From an uncultured Brachymonas sp. (GTDB lineage: Bacteria > Pseudomonadota > Gammaproteobacteria > Burkholderiales > Burkholderiaceae_C), in contig CAYUAF010000001.1 of the NCBI GenBank assembly GCA_964442555.1, positions 1 to 63,999 of the forward strand: a stretch of DNA of 63,999 bases, read 5' to 3'. The notes beneath the pieces are model-generated. The model was not told the DNA's origin and made no database searches. It saw only the letters and a program-made list of their open reading frames with translations. The stretch's first letter is position 1, and every line of letters starts with the position of its first letter. The position numbers and the translations under genes are program-made. This document shows, in pieces, positions 58,052 to 63,999 of the stretch.

Positions 58052-59848
58052 ATGTCCATGCGCTCTTTGTATTGTGGTCAAGTTACCGAAGCCCAGCTAG
58101 GGCAAACCGTCACCCTTTGCGGCTGGGTCAATCGCCGGCGCGATCATGGCGGCGTGATCTTTATTGATCTGCGCGATCGCGAAGGTTATGTGCAGGTGGT
58201 GTGCGACCCAGATCGCCCCGAGATGTTCAAAATAGCCGAAGATTTGCGCAACGAGTTTTGCGTGCAAGTCACTGGTTTGGTGCGCGCCCGCCCCGAAGGC
58301 ACGATCAACGATGCCATTGCCACCGGCAAGATCGAAGTGCTGTGCCACGAGCTGAAAGTGCTCAACCCCTCGGTCACACCGCCTTTCCAGCTGGACGATG
58401 ACAATCTGAGCGAAACCACGCGCCTGACGCACCGCGTGCTGGACTTGCGCCGCCCCTACATGCAGCACAACCTGATGCTGCGCTACAAAGTAGCCATGGC
58501 CGTGCGCAAGTTTCTGGATGAGAACGGTTTTATCGATATCGAAACGCCCATGCTTACCAAGAGCACGCCTGAAGGCGCGCGCGACTACCTCGTGCCCAGC
58601 CGTGTGCACGACGGCCACTTTTTCGCGCTGCCGCAGTCGCCCCAGCTGTTTAAACAGTTGCTGATGGTGGCCGGTTTTGACCGCTACTACCAAATCACCA
58701 AATGCTTCCGTGACGAAGATTTGCGTGCCGACCGCCAGCCCGAATTTACGCAGATCGATATCGAAACCTCCTTCCTCACCGAGCAGGATATTCGCGAGCT
58801 GTTCCAGAACATGATCAGCCACGTATTCAAGCAGACGTTGCAGGTGGATCTGGGCGAATTCCCCGTCATGCCTTATGCCGAAGCCATGCACCGCTTTGGT
58901 TCCGACAAGCCCGATCTGCGCGTCAAGCTTGAATTTACCGAGCTGACCGATGTGATGAAGGACGTGGACTTCAAAGTCTTTAGCACCCCGGCCACCACCC
59001 CTGGCGGCCGCGTGGTAGCCCTGCGCGTGCCGGCTGGCGGCGACATCAGCCGTGGCGAAATCGACCAGTACACCGAGTTCGTCAAGATCTACGGCGCCAA
59101 GGGCTTGGCCTGGATCAAGGTCAATGATGTGGCGGCAGGCCGTGACGGCTTGCAATCGCCCATCGTCAAGAACATGCATGATGCGGCTCTGGCAGAGGTG
59201 CTCAAGCGCACTGGTGCGCAAAACGGCGACATTCTGTTCTTTGGCGCAGACAAAGCCAAGATCGTGAACGATGCCATCGGCGCGCTGCGCCTGAAGATCG
59301 GCCACAGCGACTTTGGCAAACAGCACGGCCTGTTTGAAGACCGCTGGGCGCCGCTGTGGGTGGTGGACTTCCCCATGTTCGAGTACGACGAGGACGAAAA
59401 CCGCTGGAACGCCATGCATCACCCCTTCACCAGTCCCAAAGATGGGCATGAAGACTTCATGGACTCCGACCCCGGTAAATGCGTAGCCAAAGCCTATGAC
59501 ATGGTGCTCAACGGCTGGGAGCTGGGCGGCGGCTCGGTGCGTATTCACCGTGCCGACGTGCAGGCCAAGGTGTTTGCCGCACTCAAAATCGGCCCTGAAG
59601 AACAGCGCGAAAAATTCGGCTTTTTGTTGGATGCGCTGCAATATGGCGCGCCTCCGCACGGCGGCTTGGCCTTTGGTTTGGACCGCTTGATCACGCTGAT
59701 GACCAGGGCCGAGTCTATTCGCGACGTGATCGCCTTCCCCAAAACGCAGCGTGCCCAGTGCCTGCTGACGCAAGCGCCCAGCCCTGTGGACGAGAAACAA
59801 TTGCGCGAGCTGCATATCCGCTTGCGCAACCCGCAACCGGCGGGCTGA
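58052..59848 (+). CDS. aspS: Aspartate--tRNA ligase, probably non-discriminating (Asp/Asn)
   Basis: [35 protein letters not shown]; the anticodon-domain RRRDHGG (His) and RPEG (Gly) are the non-discriminating signatures. Confidence 0.97.
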   Translation: MSMRSLYCGQVTEAQLGQTVTLCGWVNRRRDHGGVIFIDLRDREGYVQVVCDPDRPEMFKIAEDLRNEFCVQVTGLVRARPEGTINDAIATGKIEVLCHELKVLNPSVTPPFQLDDDNLSETTRLTHRVLDLRRPYMQHNLMLRYKVAMAVRKFLDENGFIDIETPMLTKSTPEGARDYLVPSRVHDGHFFALPQSPQLFKQLLMVAGFDRYYQITKCFRDEDLRADRQPEFTQIDIETSFLTEQDIRELFQNMISHVFKQTLQVDLGEFPVMPYAEAMHRFGSDKPDLRVKLEFTELTDVMKDVDFKVFSTPATTPGGRVVALRVPAGGDISRGEIDQYTEFVKIYGAKGLAWIKVNDVAAGRDGLQSPIVKNMHDAALAEVLKRTGAQNGDILFFGADKAKIVNDAIGALRLKIGHSDFGKQHGLFEDRWAPLWVVDFPMFEYDEDENRWNAMHHPFTSPKDGHEDFMDSDPGKCVAKAYDMVLNGWELGGGSVRIHRADVQAKVFAALKIGPEEQREKFGFLLDALQYGAPPHGGLAFGLDRLITLMTRAESIRDVIAFPKTQRAQCLLTQAPSPVDEKQLRELHIRLRNPQPAG

Positions 59849-59877
59849 TCGGGGCATTGATCGCTACAGGCGCATTC

Positions 59878-60711
59878 ATGCACACCCCCAACGGCATTTG
59901 GCTGCCCGATTCGCAAGAGCCGCAGCCCGGCAGCGACGCTGCTTCGGGCAGCCAAACGCTGCGGGTGGTTACGTACAACATCCATAAAGGCGTGCAGGGC
60001 ATTTGGCCGAACCACCGGCTGGAAATACATAACCTGCAACAGGCCATTGCCCATTTGCAGGCCGATGTGGTGTGCCTGCAAGAAGTGCGCAAACTCAACC
60101 GCAAGGCAGAGCGCAAATTCGCCAACTGGCCGCGCCAGTCGCAGGCGGAGTATCTCGCGCCAGAGGGCTATCAGTCGGTTTACATGACCAATGCCATCAC
60201 CGCCCACGGCGAGCATGGCAATGCCATGCTGTCGCGCTGGCCGGTGTTGCATCACCAGCACCAGGATATTTCGGACCACCGTTTCGAGCAGCGCGGTTTG
60301 CTGCATTCCGTAATTGATATTCACGGCAGGCATGTGCATGTCATCGTGGTGCATTTGGGCCTGATAGGCGCCAGCCGCGTGCGCCAGGTACACCAGTTGC
60401 AGCAGTTTATTTCACGCGAAGTGCCAGACCATGTGCCGCTATTGGTAGCGGGCGATTTCAACGAATGGGGGCAGAAGCTGCATGGCATGATGGCGCAACA
60501 CGGCCTGCACAACGCAACCGGCTTGCCCGGGTGTTTGACGTATCCCGCGAGCCTGCCTTTAACGCAGCTGGATCATGTGTATGCGCGCGGCCTGTCGCGG
60601 GTGCGGCAGTTCGTGCCGCAAAAAGAGCATTTGGCCGGGTGGGCGGGGCTGCACAATTGGGCGCGCCTGTCCGATCATTTGCCATTGGTGGCAGAATTTG
60701 CCTTGATCTGA
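59878..60711 (+). CDS. Endonuclease/exonuclease/phosphatase (EEP, YbhP-like) family protein
   Basis: TYNIHKG, LQEV, HGNAMLSR, AGDFNEW, LDH, SDHLPL. Confidence 0.9.
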   Translation: MHTPNGIWLPDSQEPQPGSDAASGSQTLRVVTYNIHKGVQGIWPNHRLEIHNLQQAIAHLQADVVCLQEVRKLNRKAERKFANWPRQSQAEYLAPEGYQSVYMTNAITAHGEHGNAMLSRWPVLHHQHQDISDHRFEQRGLLHSVIDIHGRHVHVIVVHLGLIGASRVRQVHQLQQFISREVPDHVPLLVAGDFNEWGQKLHGMMAQHGLHNATGLPGCLTYPASLPLTQLDHVYARGLSRVRQFVPQKEHLAGWAGLHNWARLSDHLPLVAEFALI

Positions 60712-60782
60712 GCCTAGGGTTCAGCACTTTCTATCAACCGGGGCGAACGCATCAGTTTGGCCTGGTTTCATTTCTACGTTTT

Positions 60783-61508
60783 ATGAACAAACAGCAAGAG
60801 CTTCCATCCACACCGTCCGGCGATGATTTGGGCGTGCCCGTTTCCGTCAAGATTCGCGAACGGCTGCTGGCTGCGCGCCAGCGCTTTCACGCCAACGACA
60901 ACATTGCCGACTTTTTGCAACCGGGCGAGTTGGATGCCTTGCTGGATGAAGTGACCGAAAAAATGCAGGGCGTGCTGGATAGCCTGGTGATCGACACCGA
61001 AAACGACCACAACACCAAAAACACGGCGCGGCGTGCGGCCAAGATGTATATCAAAGAGGTGTTTGCAGGCCGCTATTTGCCGCAGCCGGTGATTACCGAG
61101 TTCCCTAATGCCGAGGCACTCAAAGAGCTGATGCTGGTCGGGCCGATTACGGTGCGCAGCGCCTGCTCGCACCATTTGTGCCCCATTATCGGCAAGCTGT
61201 GGATCGGCATCATGCCCAATAAAGACACCAATGTGATTGGCCTGTCGAAATACGCACGGCTGGCAGAGTGGGTGATGGGGCGGCCGCAAATCCAGGAAGA
61301 AGCCGTGGTGCAGCTGGCAGACCTGATTCAGAAAAAAACCCGGCCTGACGGCCTGGCGCTGGTCATGCAGGCCACCCACTATTGCATGGCGTGGCGCGGC
61401 GTCAAAGACATGGACAGCCGCATGATCAACTCCATCATGCGCGGCGCTTTTCTGCGCAATAGCGATTTGCGCAAAGAGTTTCTGTCACTGATTCCGCTGA
61501 AGGAGTAA
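60783..61508 (+). CDS. folE: GTP cyclohydrolase I
   Basis: SACSHHLCP, GLSKYARL, QIQEE, HYCMAWRGV. Confidence 0.93.
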   Translation: MNKQQELPSTPSGDDLGVPVSVKIRERLLAARQRFHANDNIADFLQPGELDALLDEVTEKMQGVLDSLVIDTENDHNTKNTARRAAKMYIKEVFAGRYLPQPVITEFPNAEALKELMLVGPITVRSACSHHLCPIIGKLWIGIMPNKDTNVIGLSKYARLAEWVMGRPQIQEEAVVQLADLIQKKTRPDGLALVMQATHYCMAWRGVKDMDSRMINSIMRGAFLRNSDLRKEFLSLIPLKE

Positions 61509-61799
61509 ACGCGCAAGCAGGTTTGCGTGGGGTAAGCGTGCGGTGCGTGTGCATGCACGCTCTAACCGTCAAAACGTCGGTATTTCGAACGGGCGTTACA
61601 AGTTACAAGAATGGGCACCATGTGCTTTGGCTGGCAAAAACAGGGGCGCATTGCAAATCGCGCGCTTTTGCGTCGATAATCATTGCCCAAGGTTGTTGGC
61701 CTGCTAAAACGCAGGCTCAATATTTCAAATAACTGGCGGCGCGGGTTGTTTTTCGAGTTGGTTGCGCCCGTATCGCTTGTGATCAAAAAGGCATCCATC

Positions 61800-62183
61800 A
61801 TGATCTATGCCTTGCTCAAGGCCCTTATTCTGAAGCCGCAGCTACTGGCAGAACATCTGCGCAATTACGGCGAACTGGTGCGTGAAGAAGCGCGCGATAC
61901 CGCTCGGCTGTGGGCCATCAAAGCGGCAGCGCTGCTGGTATGTGCCATCGGCATGCTGGTATTTTTAACGCTGACAGGCGTGGCCGTGATGCTGGGCATC
62001 ATGCAAGGCCGGTATCACTGGGTATTGGTGGCCGTGCCAGCCGCTCCCTTGGTGCTGGCCGTTGTTGCGCTGGCAATTGCTTCGCGCAAAGCAGAAAAAT
62101 CTTCCGTTGGCACCATCAAGCAGCAATTTGCTGCCGATATGCAGGCTTTGACCGGCCCGGCTGTAAAAGACCATGAGCATTGA
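61800..62183 (+). CDS. Small two-TM membrane protein (YqjE / holin-like family)
   Basis: Two hydrophobic segments; N-terminal PQLLAEHLRNYGELV; C-terminal QQFAADMQAL. Confidence 0.65.
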   Translation: MIYALLKALILKPQLLAEHLRNYGELVREEARDTARLWAIKAAALLVCAIGMLVFLTLTGVAVMLGIMQGRYHWVLVAVPAAPLVLAVVALAIASRKAEKSSVGTIKQQFAADMQALTGPAVKDHEH

Positions 62184-62871
62184 ACATACCCCTCCCCACA
62201 CATCCGCCGCCGAAGGGCAGCAGCCTTTAAGTGCGGCAGAAAAGTTGGCGTTGTCGCGCCAGGCGTTGCAAGCGGCGTTGTACCCGCCCGCCAAGCCCAA
62301 AAAGCCAGGCGTAGTCAATTCTTTGCGCAAGCTGTGGCCCATAAAGCGCAAGGCAACAACGCAGCCTGCCGCGCCTGTTGCAGTGGCAGAGCCTGCCACG
62401 GCCCGGCAGCCAGTTGCCGCCAAGCTGGCAGGGCAGGCAGACGGCAACGTGGCAGCCCCCCAGGTTGGTGCAAAAACCAAAACTGCGCAGGGGGCTGCTT
62501 CTGCCGCTGTAGATCAGCCTAGCAGCCTGCGGCAGGCGATATTGGGCGTGTTTGAAAAAATCGGCGGTTTGCTGGGTGCCGTGGTGCAGTCGCGCTGGCA
62601 CAAACACCCCGCGCATTTTGCGCTGCAAGTGGGTGAGCCTTTGCTGCAAACCGAAATCCGCAAGCGGCCAGTGCCTTGGTTGGCGGCGGCGGCGGCAGCA
62701 GGCGCGGCCGTTGTGCTACTGCACCCTTGGCGCTGGAAGCAATCGCGCCGCATGGTTGGCAGTGTTTTGGGCAAAGAAGTGCGTGTGCTAGCCAGCAGCG
62801 GCTTGGTGGTTTTGGCGGCTACGGCGCTGAATGAGTGGCTGCAACGCTCTTATTCAGACAAGGGCAGATAA
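62173..62871 (+). CDS. Hypothetical membrane-associated protein
   Basis: Overlaps the upstream gene by 11 nt; Ala/Pro-rich linker; hydrophobic AAAAAGAAVVLLHPWRW segment. Confidence 0.65.
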   Translation: MSIEHTPPHTSAAEGQQPLSAAEKLALSRQALQAALYPPAKPKKPGVVNSLRKLWPIKRKATTQPAAPVAVAEPATARQPVAAKLAGQADGNVAAPQVGAKTKTAQGAASAAVDQPSSLRQAILGVFEKIGGLLGAVVQSRWHKHPAHFALQVGEPLLQTEIRKRPVPWLAAAAAAGAAVVLLHPWRWKQSRRMVGSVLGKEVRVLASSGLVVLAATALNEWLQRSYSDKGR

Positions 62872-62930
62872 GCGGTCGGCTTGTGCTTTGACCATGTTTT
62901 GCCTTGGCCTGATGAACGGGTATCTCCAGC

Positions 62931-63977
62931 ATGTCCAGCGCGTTTGCAAAAAATCATTGCCCCATCGGCGTGTTTGATAGCGGCGTGGGCGGCCTGAGCG
63001 TGTTGCGGCAACTTTTGCAGCAATTGCCGGAAGAAGACATTGTGTATCTGGCAGATAGCGCTTGGGCGCCTTATGGCGAGCGCACGCCCGAGCAAATTGC
63101 CACGCGTTGCCTGCAAATTGCAGATTATTTGCTGCGGCAGCACCAAATCAAGGCGTTGGTTGTGGCCTGCAACACCGCAACCAGCCAGGCCGTGCAACAG
63201 TTGCGCAGCCGTTGGCCGCAGCTGCTGCTAATCGGGATAGAGCCTGCCATCAAACCAGCAGTGGCGCTTTCTCAAACAGGGCACATAGGCATTATGGCTA
63301 CCCGTGGCACGGTACAAAGCGCCAAATTTGCCCGCCTGCTGCAAGACTGGGGCGGCAGCAGCCATATCCACGTGCAGGCGTGCGACGGCTTGGCGCTGGC
63401 GATAGAAAACGCGCTGGAAGACCGCTCCAACCCCGACGGGCAAACCGTGCACAGCCTGTGTCGGCGCTATGTGGCAGCCTTGCGCGACGCGGCTGATCGG
63501 GCGACGGGGGCAACAGCGCCATCTGCCCACGCTTTGGGCGCGATTGATGTATTGGTGCTGGGGTGTACGCACTATCCTTTTGCCGAAGATGTGTTGCAAA
63601 GCATGGTGGGCGACAAGGTGCGGCTGATTGAACCGGGCGCGCCGGTTGCCAGACAAACACAACGCCTGTTGCAGCAGTACGGTTTGTTGCGTGCGCAACG
63701 GCAGGAACCGCAATCTGCACATGGACAACACGGGCAGGTCGGCAGCGACCAGGCGCTTGATGTGAAAGACGTGCGTGAGAACCCCTTGGCCGCGCAGAAC
63801 GTGCAGCAGGCACAGCACCCACACCAGCCTTTGGCGAGCAAAGGCCAGGGGCGTTTGACTTTGCTGGCTACTTCTGCCCCCCAGCGCCTGCAAAGCGCGG
63901 CGTATCGCTGGCTGGGCATGGATGCCGCCGTAACCGAAGTGTGTATTGACCTTGCCCCTGTTTCGTGTAGCTCTTAA
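62931..63977 (+). CDS. murI: Glutamate racemase
   Basis: IGVFDSGVGGLSV, PYG, VACNTAT, LGCTHYP; carries insertions before the second Cys and near the C-terminus. Confidence 0.96.
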   Translation: MSSAFAKNHCPIGVFDSGVGGLSVLRQLLQQLPEEDIVYLADSAWAPYGERTPEQIATRCLQIADYLLRQHQIKALVVACNTATSQAVQQLRSRWPQLLLIGIEPAIKPAVALSQTGHIGIMATRGTVQSAKFARLLQDWGGSSHIHVQACDGLALAIENALEDRSNPDGQTVHSLCRRYVAALRDAADRATGATAPSAHALGAIDVLVLGCTHYPFAEDVLQSMVGDKVRLIEPGAPVARQTQRLLQQYGLLRAQRQEPQSAHGQHGQVGSDQALDVKDVRENPLAAQNVQQAQHPHQPLASKGQGRLTLLATSAPQRLQSAAYRWLGMDAAVTEVCIDLAPVSCSS

Positions 63978-63999
63978 CCCACGGTTCACGCGGCCTTTT

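Noticed and set aside
60712-60782. Hairpin (about 60736-60767) upstream of folE as a folate-sensing riboswitch
   Set aside because: The stem is imperfect and shows no match I can recognise to the THF-II/folE motif; it is more likely a weak terminator or incidental.
61800-62871. Holin-like membrane gene as evidence of a prophage
   Set aside because: There are no endolysin or structural genes nearby, and this YqjE-like family is normally chromosomal.

Overview
A GC-rich, mostly housekeeping chromosomal segment. Gene content and protein style suggest a betaproteobacterium of the Comamonadaceae type (inference). It contains about 45 CDSs: hrpA, lldPD, moxR-DUF58-tgpA, mscS, metC, hisZ-purA-PRT, uvrD, ppiD, ldcA, a tadA fusion, pgeF, xseB-ispA-dxs, fabA-fabB, ygiQ, purT, a CoA-transferase, uppP, suhB, ktrAB-like genes, a glycosyltransferase coupled to a UDG-superfamily glycosylase, yhbY, rlmE-ftsH-folP-glmM, dtd, aspS, folE and murI. 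There is one tRNA-His followed by a decayed tyrosine integrase, and stacked IS ends at the window start. No CRISPR array, rRNA or intact prophage is visible. The main unexplained structure is non-coding: eight related miniature inverted-repeat elements in three size classes (about 270-280 bp two-armed, about 160-190 bp one-armed, and 39 bp minimal). They share terminal motifs and mostly TA/TAA flanks, three sit on stop codons, and the two larger classes share an internal AGGCG..CG-[hairpin]-AG..CAAC module. Other leads: TadA fused to an apparently dead haloalkane-dehalogenase-like domain, an overlapping glycosyltransferase / hypoxanthine-DNA-glycosylase-like pair, fabA-fabB in a betaproteobacterium, a degenerate tandem copy of the ldcA 3' end, and a T7-tract frameshift in a DUF924 gene. 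All family assignments come from motif recognition by eye; no database searches were run.
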